Below the pieces are notes generated by a model. It had not been told where the DNA came from and did no database searches. It saw only the letters and a program-made list of their open reading frames with translations. Of a stretch of DNA of 31,782 nt, positions 1-7,289 are shown piece by piece. Origin of the DNA: a virus. Its lineage: Duplodnaviria; Caudoviricetes. The translations under genes and the position numbers were made by a program. The stretch's first letter is position 1, and each line of letters begins with the position of its first letter. Where the stretch lies: positions 1-31,782 of the IMG/VR virus record IMGVR_UViG_3300005662_007671; one strand, 5' to 3'.

Positions 1-102
1 AAATCGTATTATGACGCGGATAAATATGACAATAATGCCACTATGTCAAATACCAAAGAATACGGTTGGTTATTCGGTGTGACTAAAAAAAAAATAAAAT
101 AA
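1..102 (+). CDS. 3' end of upstream gene, probably terminase large subunit (gp17-like); partial
   Basis: Frame 1 is open from base 1 to TAA at 100-102 (KSYYDADKYDNNATMSNTKEYGWLFGVTKKKIK*). The terminase call rests only on position before the portal and the aromatic YGWLF ending. Confidence 0.4.
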   Translation, partial: KSYYDADKYDNNATMSNTKEYGWLFGVTKKKIK

Positions 103-119
103 TTTTAAATTAATTTAAA

Positions 120-359
120 ATGGGAAATATCTTAATTAAACAAGCAAGAAGCACTGGACCTGGTTCGGTTTCAATTATTAGAACAAAAGAGAAGGAAAGC
201 GGTAGATTAGATGGTAAAGCTCTACAAAGAAATGTTGACGCCATTAAATGCTCACCAGAGTCTGACGGTACAACAACATATGTACAAAAAAAGGAATGGG
301 ATGGGGTTACCGAAAACTATAAATTCCCACCCTATGTTGACTGTGAATACGTAAATTAA
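120..359 (+). CDS. hypothetical protein, 79 aa
   Basis: ATG after an A-rich leader; fills the gap up to the portal, which starts 6 nt later; no recognisable motif. Confidence 0.65.
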   Translation: MGNILIKQARSTGPGSVSIIRTKEKESGRLDGKALQRNVDAIKCSPESDGTTTYVQKKEWDGVTENYKFPPYVDCEYVN

Positions 360-365
360 AAAAAT

Positions 366-2189
366 ATGGCAGATAAATTAACAATATACCAAAGACTTAA
401 TAAAACTTTAGGAAACGAGGTTGATGGCCCAAAATATGTCATCGACCCAAGCTCATTTGATGGTCTTAGTGGTGCCGAATTGGATCAGAAAAAATTAGAG
501 GCGCAACAAACGCTTTATTTACAGAACCAATGGAAGAAAATTGATAATGAACTTTATCAAAAAGCGGTTTATTACGAACCAACAAGAATTGCTTCTTATT
601 ACGATTACGAAGCAATGGAATATACACCAGAAATCTCAGTTGCTTTGGATATTTTTGCGGAAGAAGCTACAACTGCAAATGAAAATGGTAAAGTATTAAC
701 AATATATTCTGATAGTAGTAGAATTAAAAAAGAATTAACTCACCTATTTGAAAACGTTTTAGATATAAACGCTAACCTAACTTCATGGGCTAGAAATGTA
801 TGTAAATATGGGGACAACTTCGTATACAATAAGGTTGTACCTGGTCAGGGGATTGTTGGCGTTACCCAGTTACCTAACATCGAGATGACGAGATCAGAAC
901 CTGGTTTCTCAAAAGTTACTAGTTTAGATGACCAACAAAAAGAACAAAACATCAAATTTTTCTGGAAAGATAAAAACGTTGAGTTTAACTCATTTGAGAT
1001 TTCTCATTTTAGATTACTTGGTGACGATAGAAGATTACCTTATGGCACCTCAATGCTTGAAAAGGTTAGAAGGATTTGGAAACAGTTATTGTTATCTGAA
1101 GATGCAATGTTAGTATACCGTGTCACCAGAGCACCAGAAAGACGTGTATATAAAGTCTTTGTTGGTAACATGGATGATAAGGATGTTGACGCATACGTTG
1201 ATAAAATCGCCAATAACTTTAAAAGGGTTAATATGGTTGATAAAAACAACGGTAATCAAGATACGCGTTATAACGCATTAGCGGTTGACCAAGATTACTT
1301 CATACCTGTTAGGGACCCTTCATTGGCGATGCCTATAGAGACATTACCTGGGGCACAAAACCTTTCTGAGATTGCTGATATTGAATACATCCAAAAGAAA
1401 ATGTTGGCCGCACTAAGAGTACCTAAAGCCTTCATTGGTTTTGAGGAAGCTACTGGTGATGGTAAAAACTTAGCTATTCTTGATGTTCGTTTTGCCAGAG
1501 CTGTGCACAGGGTACAAAAAGCGCTTATCCAAGAGTTAAATAAAATGGCTATTATCCACCTATACACAAAAGGTTTTGAGGATGATTTAGATAATTTCAC
1601 CATAACGTTAACAAGCCCATCAACACAAGCTGAGATGCTTAAAATACAAAACTGGAAAGAAAAAATTCAGTTGTATCGTGATGCGGTTTCTGACGCTGGT
1701 AACGGATTTGGTGCTGTGTCTATGACATATGCTAAGAAAGAAATCTTAAATATGAGCGATGATGAGATTAAACTCGACATTCAAAGACAAGCTGTTGAAA
1801 AAGCTGGTGGTGAAGAGCTTAAATCATTAGGTGAAACCATCAAACAAACTGGTATATTCAGGGATATATATAAACTATATAAAATCGACCCTAATAACAT
1901 GACTTTAGGTGCCGATGGTAGTGCACCAGCAGCGGATATGTCATCTGGTGGTGGCGGTGGTGGAGACATGGGTGGTACAGGCTCTGAAGCGGGTACTGAC
2001 TTTACCGCACCTCTAGAAGTACCAGGGGCTGAAGGTGGGGCTGAAGGTGGGGCTGAACCAGCCGCTGCTGAACCAGCTGCACCAGAGGAACCTCTAGCTG
2101 AAACAACTAGAAAGAAATTAGACGCTAGAAACAAATTAATAAATGAGTCGTTGAAAAAAACGATTGATGAGATTGATAAATTATTATAA
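366..2189 (+). CDS. gp20: portal vertex protein, T4 gp20-like
   Basis: Motifs PYGTSMLEKVRRIWKQLLLSEDAMLVYRVTRAPERRVYKVFVGNM, DYFIPVR, IETLPGAQNL, DIEYIQKKMLAALRVPKAF and DVRFARAVHRVQ match T4 gp20-family signatures. Acidic Gly/Ala/Pro-rich C-terminal tail. Confidence 0.93.
   Translation: MADKLTIYQRLNKTLGNEVDGPKYVIDPSSFDGLSGAELDQKKLEAQQTLYLQNQWKKIDNELYQKAVYYEPTRIASYYDYEAMEYTPEISVALDIFAEEATTANENGKVLTIYSDSSRIKKELTHLFENVLDINANLTSWARNVCKYGDNFVYNKVVPGQGIVGVTQLPNIEMTRSEPGFSKVTSLDDQQKEQNIKFFWKDKNVEFNSFEISHFRLLGDDRRLPYGTSMLEKVRRIWKQLLLSEDAMLVYRVTRAPERRVYKVFVGNMDDKDVDAYVDKIANNFKRVNMVDKNNGNQDTRYNALAVDQDYFIPVRDPSLAMPIETLPGAQNLSEIADIEYIQKKMLAALRVPKAFIGFEEATGDGKNLAILDVRFARAVHRVQKALIQELNKMAIIHLYTKGFEDDLDNFTITLTSPSTQAEMLKIQNWKEKIQLYRDAVSDAGNGFGAVSMTYAKKEILNMSDDEIKLDIQRQAVEKAGGEELKSLGETIKQTGIFRDIYKLYKIDPNNMTLGADGSAPAADMSSGGGGGGDMGGTGSEAGTDFTAPLEVPGAEGGAEGGAEPAAAEPAAPEEPLAETTRKKLDARNKLINESLKKTIDEIDKLL
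2025..2057 (+). repeat. 12-nt tandem repeat GGGGCTGAAGGT x2.75 (GAEG repeats) in the portal C-terminal tail
   Basis: Read directly: copies at 2025-2036, 2037-2048 and a partial copy at 2049-2057. Confidence 0.85.
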
Positions 2190-2195
2190 TAAAAC

Positions 2196-2203
2196 TATTT
2201 ATA
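2196..2203 (+). promoter_or_regulatory. putative phage late promoter motif TATTTATA
   Basis: 15 nt upstream of ATG 2219; the same TATTTATW motif precedes four other genes on their coding strands. Confidence 0.55.
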
Positions 2204-2218
2204 ATTAAAATTAAAAAA

Positions 2219-2932
2219 ATGTTTGGACAATTAAAAGAAAGCATACTTTCAAACTTAGAGAAAACCTATCAAAATAAAGGTGAGAAGGATTTTAAAGAAT
2301 CTTTCGCTAAATACGTTAAGGTCTTAAAAGAAAATAACACACTAAGAGAGTTTACTGAGGTGTATGATCTATTAAACACAATGAGATTTGAGGATGAGTC
2401 GATCGCCAAAGAATTTGTTGAGGAATCAATAGAACATTTAAAATCTTTTAATTTATCCGATGTTGATAAACTTAAAAGTTTAACTGAAGAGAGTATATCT
2501 ATTGAAGGTACCATTAATGAAAGTATTGATAAGCTTGTTTTCAGCAAAAAATTATCTTTGGTTGAAAAGGTTAAGCACAAAACAAATCTTATTAAACATC
2601 TAACTAGAGTTGAAAAGTCAGTTGAATCACTAACCGAATCAATTGAAAAGATAAATAATAGTTTGACGGATAAAATTTCTAAGTTAAATGAAGAACAGGT
2701 TAAGGTTTTGAATTTATTTGCTGAAAATGATGAGTCGGCTATCAACAACTACTACACCAACCTAATAGAAAGTACACAGAACGTTGTTGAGGAGACGATT
2801 AATAACGCTGACGATATTATTATCGTTAAAAAACTGTTAGAGGTTAGAACGAAATTAAATGAGATGAAAAATGAAAAACCATCTCTAGAAACGATCGATA
2901 ACATTATTGATCTTAAAAAGAGCTTCGAATAA
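2219..2932 (+). CDS. helical, charged protein; probable prohead core or internal head protein
   Basis: 237 aa, K/E/L/N-rich, follows the portal; many L/I-x-E sites (LKE, LRE, LTE, INE, LVE, LNE, LIE) of the type cut by gp21-like proteases. Confidence 0.6.
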   Translation: MFGQLKESILSNLEKTYQNKGEKDFKESFAKYVKVLKENNTLREFTEVYDLLNTMRFEDESIAKEFVEESIEHLKSFNLSDVDKLKSLTEESISIEGTINESIDKLVFSKKLSLVEKVKHKTNLIKHLTRVEKSVESLTESIEKINNSLTDKISKLNEEQVKVLNLFAENDESAINNYYTNLIESTQNVVEETINNADDIIIVKKLLEVRTKLNEMKNEKPSLETIDNIIDLKKSFE

Positions 2933-2944
2933 AAAAATCTCCAT

Positions 2945-2984
2945 AAAAAAGTAAAGCCAGGGTAGCGAATCCTGGCTTTTTTTT
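2945..2984. terminator. bidirectional intrinsic terminator between convergent genes
   Basis: Stem AAAGCCAGG (2953-2961), loop GTAGCGAAT, stem CCTGGCTTT (2971-2979); T-run to 2984 on + and A-run 2945-2950 giving a U-tract on -. Confidence 0.8.
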
Positions 2985-3031
2985 GTCCCATAACTGGAAC
3001 GGTCCTAAAACACCGCTTATAGCGGAATACT

Positions 3032-3277
3032 TTATTCTTTAGGTGTGTTATCAGAACCACCCTTTTTACTGAAAATCTTCTCAATAACGGTTAAACCTAA
3101 ACCGCCACCCGCGATAAGACACAACGCATCGTACATATACTCTGGTGTACCATCTGGGCTTCTAAATGTAGCTACATAAGCTAAGATAATAACGTTTAAT
3201 AACGTAAATAAAGCGGCGAATCTTTTGCTAGATGTTTCGCTTTGACCTGATAATAAGTCGCTAATAAATTTTTTCAT
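3032..3277 (-). CDS. small two-TM membrane protein, holin-like
   Basis: 81 aa; SSKR followed by hydrophobic FAALFTLLNVIILAYVATF and a second hydrophobic segment ALCLIAGGGLGLTVI, then a charged tail; has its own upstream TATTTATA motif and a downstream terminator. Confidence 0.65.
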   Translation of the reverse strand: MKKFISDLLSGQSETSSKRFAALFTLLNVIILAYVATFRSPDGTPEYMYDALCLIAGGGLGLTVIEKIFSKKGGSDNTPKE

Positions 3278-3309
3278 GATTAATAGTATTTGATTTGTGT
3301 TTATTTTAA

Positions 3310-3317
3310 TATAAATA
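3310..3317 (-). promoter_or_regulatory. putative phage late promoter motif TATTTATA (reads TATAAATA on +)
   Basis: About 32 nt upstream of the minus-strand ATG at 3277. Confidence 0.5.
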
Positions 3318-3398
3318 TCTTAAAATTTGCTTTAGTGACTTTTTTTTACTATTATTATCACCTAACAATAAATTTATTTTAAAATATGATTAAAGCAA

Positions 3399-3845
3399 AT
3401 GCAATGCAAATTCGGGAAAGAAAAGAAACTCTTCACAGACGAGAGATTTCGAGTTAAATACGGTACTATTGATGCCGTAAAATTAAATGCTGTCTATATA
3501 AACGTAGAATCTTGGGTGCAACCAAAAGATATAGAGAACTACGAGTCATATATAAGACTGATGCGTAAACAAATAATAGTTAACATAAAAGATAAAATTG
3601 ATAAGACATATTTTAAACAAAATTTTATCGTTGACTTAGATCTAAGGGCCTCTGGTATGTCAGATGATAAAAAAAGCTTCATGTTTATTGAGCTAACTGT
3701 TTACCCAGAACAAAAAATTAAATTTAATTCACCTTTAATGTTTAAAAAAATGCGTGAACTATCTAATCTTATAATTGAATCCTTAGAACAAAATAAATTA
3801 AGCTACTTTTCAAAAAAATCAAATGCCAGGACACGAAGACTTTGA
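3399..3845 (+). CDS. hypothetical protein, 148 aa
   Basis: Typical codon usage; overlaps the start of the AAA ATPase by 23 nt; no assignable motif. Confidence 0.7.
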   Translation: MQCKFGKEKKLFTDERFRVKYGTIDAVKLNAVYINVESWVQPKDIENYESYIRLMRKQIIVNIKDKIDKTYFKQNFIVDLDLRASGMSDDKKSFMFIELTVYPEQKIKFNSPLMFKKMRELSNLIIESLEQNKLSYFSKKSNARTRRL

Positions 3846-4752
3846 ATATGAAGAAATACCAATGGAAGAAGGTATTGAAATCATGAACGATCATTTAGAA
3901 AGAATACTACCATCGATTGAATCTTGGTATACAATAAACAACACTGATTTCTACTTCAATTTCAAAACGGTAGCCACCGTGGAATCGGGCCTTTATACGA
4001 TGATATATAATGAAGGTAATGGTTTTGGTATCTCTAAATTAAACTATAAGAGTGACGAGTTTTTCCATTTACCATCCCTACCACATAATCAAATCATAGG
4101 GGATTTAAAAATATTCTGGGATAACATCGAAAGATTTAGAACGTATAATCTAACACCTAAACGTGGTATAATATTATATGGGGATCCTGGTTGTGGTAAA
4201 ACATCATTAATACATTTATTGGTTGACGAACTAAAAAAATATAACGGAATATCAATTTATTTTGATAATCCATTTAACTGGGTTGAGCTAGCTAAATTAG
4301 TTAGAAAAGTTGAAAAAGAAAGACCCTTACTGTGTATTATTGAAGATTTGGATTTGGTTATCGATAAATTTGGTGAAGAGGTTTTTTTAAATTTCCTAGA
4401 TGGGTTAAACTCAATTGATAATGTTGTTTATGTTGCTACAACAAATAATTTAGATAGAATCCCAGATAGAATTAAAGATAGACCGTCTAGATTTGACAAA
4501 AAATATAAGATTGAGAAACCAAATAGTGATGACAGAAGGTTATATTTTGAATCAATACTAACAGATGAAGATAAAAAATTATATGATATCGATAAACTTG
4601 TAAAAGATACCGATAAATATACAATGGCCCATCTTAAAGAAACTTTCATTTCCTTATACATTCTTAAGAACGATTATACCGACACGATTAAAAGACTTAA
4701 AAAATCCAAAATAGCTGATGAGAGGATTGGATTTGATCTTTCTGAGGACTAA
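3823..4752 (+). CDS. AAA+ ATPase, classical AAA clade (BCS1/FtsH-like ATPase domain, no protease domain)
   Basis: Walker A GDPGCGKT, Walker B CIIEDLD, FLNFLDG, sensor-1 VATTN and second region of homology DRPSRFD. Confidence 0.9.
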   Translation: MPGHEDFEYEEIPMEEGIEIMNDHLERILPSIESWYTINNTDFYFNFKTVATVESGLYTMIYNEGNGFGISKLNYKSDEFFHLPSLPHNQIIGDLKIFWDNIERFRTYNLTPKRGIILYGDPGCGKTSLIHLLVDELKKYNGISIYFDNPFNWVELAKLVRKVEKERPLLCIIEDLDLVIDKFGEEVFLNFLDGLNSIDNVVYVATTNNLDRIPDRIKDRPSRFDKKYKIEKPNSDDRRLYFESILTDEDKKLYDIDKLVKDTDKYTMAHLKETFISLYILKNDYTDTIKRLKKSKIADERIGFDLSED

Positions 4753-4777
4753 AATGGTATTTAACGTGTTTTCGCTA

Positions 4778-4785
4778 TATTTATT
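4778..4785 (+). promoter_or_regulatory. putative phage late promoter motif TATTTATT
   Basis: 18 nt upstream of the protease ATG at 4804. Confidence 0.5.
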
Positions 4786-4803
4786 AGATATATTCATATA
4801 GCA

Positions 4804-5550
4804 ATGGCGATAAAAATTTTAAAAGAAAACGAAGAAGGTTTTGGTATCCTAGTTGAGGGTGATGCTGGTTCCGTATCTGAGAGTTTACAGAGTCAAATTA
4901 TAAATGAAGATTTTGGCGGAGCGATAGACCTATCTGGTCCAATATATTATTACGCAACACTACAGAAATATGGTGTTGAGAATAGAAACGGTAGAGTTTA
5001 TCCAGAGGATATCCTAAAAAGAGAGGTTGAGAGATATAGAGAAGTTATCGCTAGAAACTCAAGCTTTCATGAATTAGATCACCCACAGGAGTCAGTTATA
5101 TCACTTAAAGGTGGTTCACCACATAGGATAGTTGATATGTTCTGGAAAGATAATGTTCTAATCGGTAAATTAGAGATATTAGTTTCGGAAGGTTTTAGAA
5201 GAAGTGGTATTATCTCATGTAATGGTGATTTAGTTGCACATTACTTGGGTTATGGTATGACTTTAGGTATTTCATCTAGAGGTGTCGGTAGCCTTAAAAA
5301 AATTAACGGTAAAAATGTTGTACAAGATGACTTCGAACTAATCTGTTGGGATATTGTTTCGTCACCATCAACACCAGGGTCATACCTTTATAAAGATGCA
5401 AACGACTTCAACAAATATGACGAAGTTTTAAGCCAACCAAAGGAGATAGAGGAGACTAAAGGTGTTAATCGCGCAACAGGTGAAAAATACGTTGGTACTG
5501 ATTCAAAAGAGGATTTGGTAGCAAAATTGAACAAATTTTTAAAGTTTTAA
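4804..5550 (+). CDS. gp21: prohead core protease, T4 gp21-like
   Basis: NRNGRVYP, ELDHP (catalytic His), GISSRGVGSL (catalytic Ser), VQDDFELICWDIVSSPSTPGSY. Confidence 0.92.
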   Translation: MAIKILKENEEGFGILVEGDAGSVSESLQSQIINEDFGGAIDLSGPIYYYATLQKYGVENRNGRVYPEDILKREVERYREVIARNSSFHELDHPQESVISLKGGSPHRIVDMFWKDNVLIGKLEILVSEGFRRSGIISCNGDLVAHYLGYGMTLGISSRGVGSLKKINGKNVVQDDFELICWDIVSSPSTPGSYLYKDANDFNKYDEVLSQPKEIEETKGVNRATGEKYVGTDSKEDLVAKLNKFLKF

Positions 5551-5582
5551 TTTGACTTTTACCTTAATTATACCTAGAATTG
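5551..5582 (+). promoter_or_regulatory. possible Bacteroidota-type housekeeping promoter
   Basis: TTTG at 5551-5554, 20-nt spacer, TAGAATTG at 5575-5582 (one mismatch to TAnnTTTG), upstream of ATG 5605. Confidence 0.35.
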
Positions 5583-5604
5583 TATCAATTAAAAAAATTT
5601 TTTT

Positions 5605-5844
5605 ATGAAAACATATTATTGGTACACAGTTACAATTCAGTTTGTTGTTGAAGACGAACAAACGGGTAAAATTAAAAAAGTTAAAGAGAACTATTTAACT
5701 AAAGCGATTTCTGTAACAGACGCAGAAGCCTCTGTAATCAAGGATTTAGAAGGTATTATGGGTGAATACAGAATCTTAAAAATCGATGAATCGAGATTTG
5801 TTAGAGTTATCGTTCCTGAGGGAGTTGATATCAACGCTGAATAA
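5605..5844 (+). CDS. DUF4494-like small protein (single domain)
   Basis: WYTVTIQF...GKIKKVKENYLTKAISVTDAEASVIK...GEYRI resembles the Bacteroidota DUF4494 pattern (WF.C.I.Y...G..KKV.E.YLV.A.SFTEAEA); recognised from memory. Confidence 0.65.
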   Translation: MKTYYWYTVTIQFVVEDEQTGKIKKVKENYLTKAISVTDAEASVIKDLEGIMGEYRILKIDESRFVRVIVPEGVDINAE

Positions 5845-5865
5845 AAAAACAAGAAAATATTACAC

Positions 5866-5897
5866 AAAAGTCACTCTTTATGGGTGACTTTTTTTTT
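5866..5897 (+). terminator. intrinsic terminator
   Basis: AAAAGTCACTC-TTTAT-GGGTGACTTTT hairpin followed by a T-run; a second weaker hairpin (AACCTC...GGGGTT plus T-run) follows at about 5903-5926. Confidence 0.75.
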
Positions 5898-5957
5898 GTT
5901 ATAACCTCTAATTATGGGGTTTTTTATAATTTTTTAGTCTTTTTGCTTTTTTGATAG

Positions 5958-5965
5958 TATTTATT
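5958..5965 (+). promoter_or_regulatory. putative phage late promoter motif TATTTATT
   Basis: Downstream of the terminators and 42 nt upstream of the scaffold ATG at 6008. Confidence 0.55.
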
Positions 5966-6007
5966 ACTAAGATAATCTATCATAATAATTTTTTAATAAA
6001 TTAAAAC

Positions 6008-7246
6008 ATGAGCAAAACAAATATTTTAGCAGAGACTCTCGCTGAAATTCAAGAACTAAGAGAGGCTGTCTCTAAAAACGCTAACCATGCGTTGAAGAGT
6101 ACCCTTAAAGAGGAACTAGAAGAAATTGTCAAAAATAACCTTCAAGAAGGTATTGATGACGAAGAGTCTACAGATGACATGCCAGGTGCTGAACTACCTG
6201 GTGATTTAGATCAAGCAGATAATAACGATGGCGGTATGGGTGATGGCGCAACTGATCTTTCTGGTGAAGAAGGTGAAGAGGTTATCGACTTAACCGATAA
6301 ATCGGATGAGGAAGTTATTAAACATTTCGAACTCATGGAACCTGCTGACGAAATCGAAATCGTGCAAACACCTGAGGGTGGTTTACAGATCAACATTAAC
6401 CCAGCTTCTGATGAAGAGTCTAAAGAAGATTCTGAAGAAGAGTTACCAGCGGAAGATTTAGCTGAATACGGTGACGAACACCCTATGGCTACTAAAGATG
6501 CTGTTGAGAAACTCGAGGAAGAAGGTAAAGTAGATGAATACGGTGACGAACACCCTATTGCTACTAAAGATGCTGTTGATAAACTCGAAGAGACTGCCGA
6601 TGAAATGATCAAAGAAGAAGAGCCTGTTTTTGAAATCGAAATCAGTGAAGAAGATACAGCTGCATTAGCAGAAATGTCTACTGAGAAAGAAGAAGAAACT
6701 AATGAGGCTGAAAAAGTTGAGGAGACTGTTGCTGAAGAAGCTACAGAAGCCAACGAAAATTCAAAAGAAAAAGAGTTACATGAAAGCTTGGTTGTCATGA
6801 GAAAAAAATACCAGGAAGTAGTGGCTGAAAACAATAAAAAGACTAAAGAGTTAGAAGGTTTCAAAACTTTGGCTGAAGAATTTAAAGGTTCTGAAGCTGA
6901 TTATAAATCTGCTATTAAAAATCTTAAGTCTCAGTTACAAGAGGTTGCCTTGTTTTCGTCTAATTTAACATACGCGATTAAATTGATCACTGAAAACTCT
7001 ACAACTAAGGATGAAAAATTAGAAATCCTTAAAAGATTCGATGGTGCTAAAAACTTAAACGAATCTAGAGAAATCTTTAATTCAATGCAATCGCAGTTTA
7101 GCTCGAACAAAAACGCAACTAAACAGATGGTCGAAGAAAAAATTATGGAAACGCCAAAAGCTAGTGGTTCATCAAAATTAAATGAATCAACTGCCTATAC
7201 GAACCCACAATTAGATAGAATTCGTGAGATCATCGGTAAAATCTAA
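6008..7246 (+). CDS. prohead core scaffold protein, functional analogue of T4 gp22
   Basis: Very acidic low-complexity N-terminal half, coiled-coil C-terminal half, many L-x-E sites; lies between protease and major capsid gene. Confidence 0.75.
   Translation: MSKTNILAETLAEIQELREAVSKNANHALKSTLKEELEEIVKNNLQEGIDDEESTDDMPGAELPGDLDQADNNDGGMGDGATDLSGEEGEEVIDLTDKSDEEVIKHFELMEPADEIEIVQTPEGGLQININPASDEESKEDSEEELPAEDLAEYGDEHPMATKDAVEKLEEEGKVDEYGDEHPIATKDAVDKLEETADEMIKEEEPVFEIEISEEDTAALAEMSTEKEEETNEAEKVEETVAEEATEANENSKEKELHESLVVMRKKYQEVVAENNKKTKELEGFKTLAEEFKGSEADYKSAIKNLKSQLQEVALFSSNLTYAIKLITENSTTKDEKLEILKRFDGAKNLNESREIFNSMQSQFSSNKNATKQMVEEKIMETPKASGSSKLNESTAYTNPQLDRIREIIGKI
6463..6588 (+). repeat. 54-nt direct repeat with 72-nt period in the scaffold (EYGDEHPMATKDAVEKLE / EYGDEHPIATKDAVDKLE)
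   Basis: Copies at 6463-6516 and 6535-6588 differ at 2 positions. Confidence 0.9.
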
Positions 7247-7289
7247 AATTAAAAAATAATCAATAAAACAAACTTAAAAAAAAACTAAA

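Noticed and set aside
2953-3030. tRNA, HDV-like (theta) ribozyme or preQ1 riboswitch
   Set aside because: No cloverleaf is present. The GCGAAU and AUGGGAC words are on opposite strands and do not give the nested double pseudoknot, and no A-rich tail follows the hairpin. Kept only as an unassigned structured element.
3310-3317. TATAAATA on + as a canonical T4 late promoter for the gene at 3399
   Set aside because: The other four occurrences fit the opposite orientation (TATTTATW on the coding strand), and this one is well placed for the minus-strand gene. Not fully excluded.
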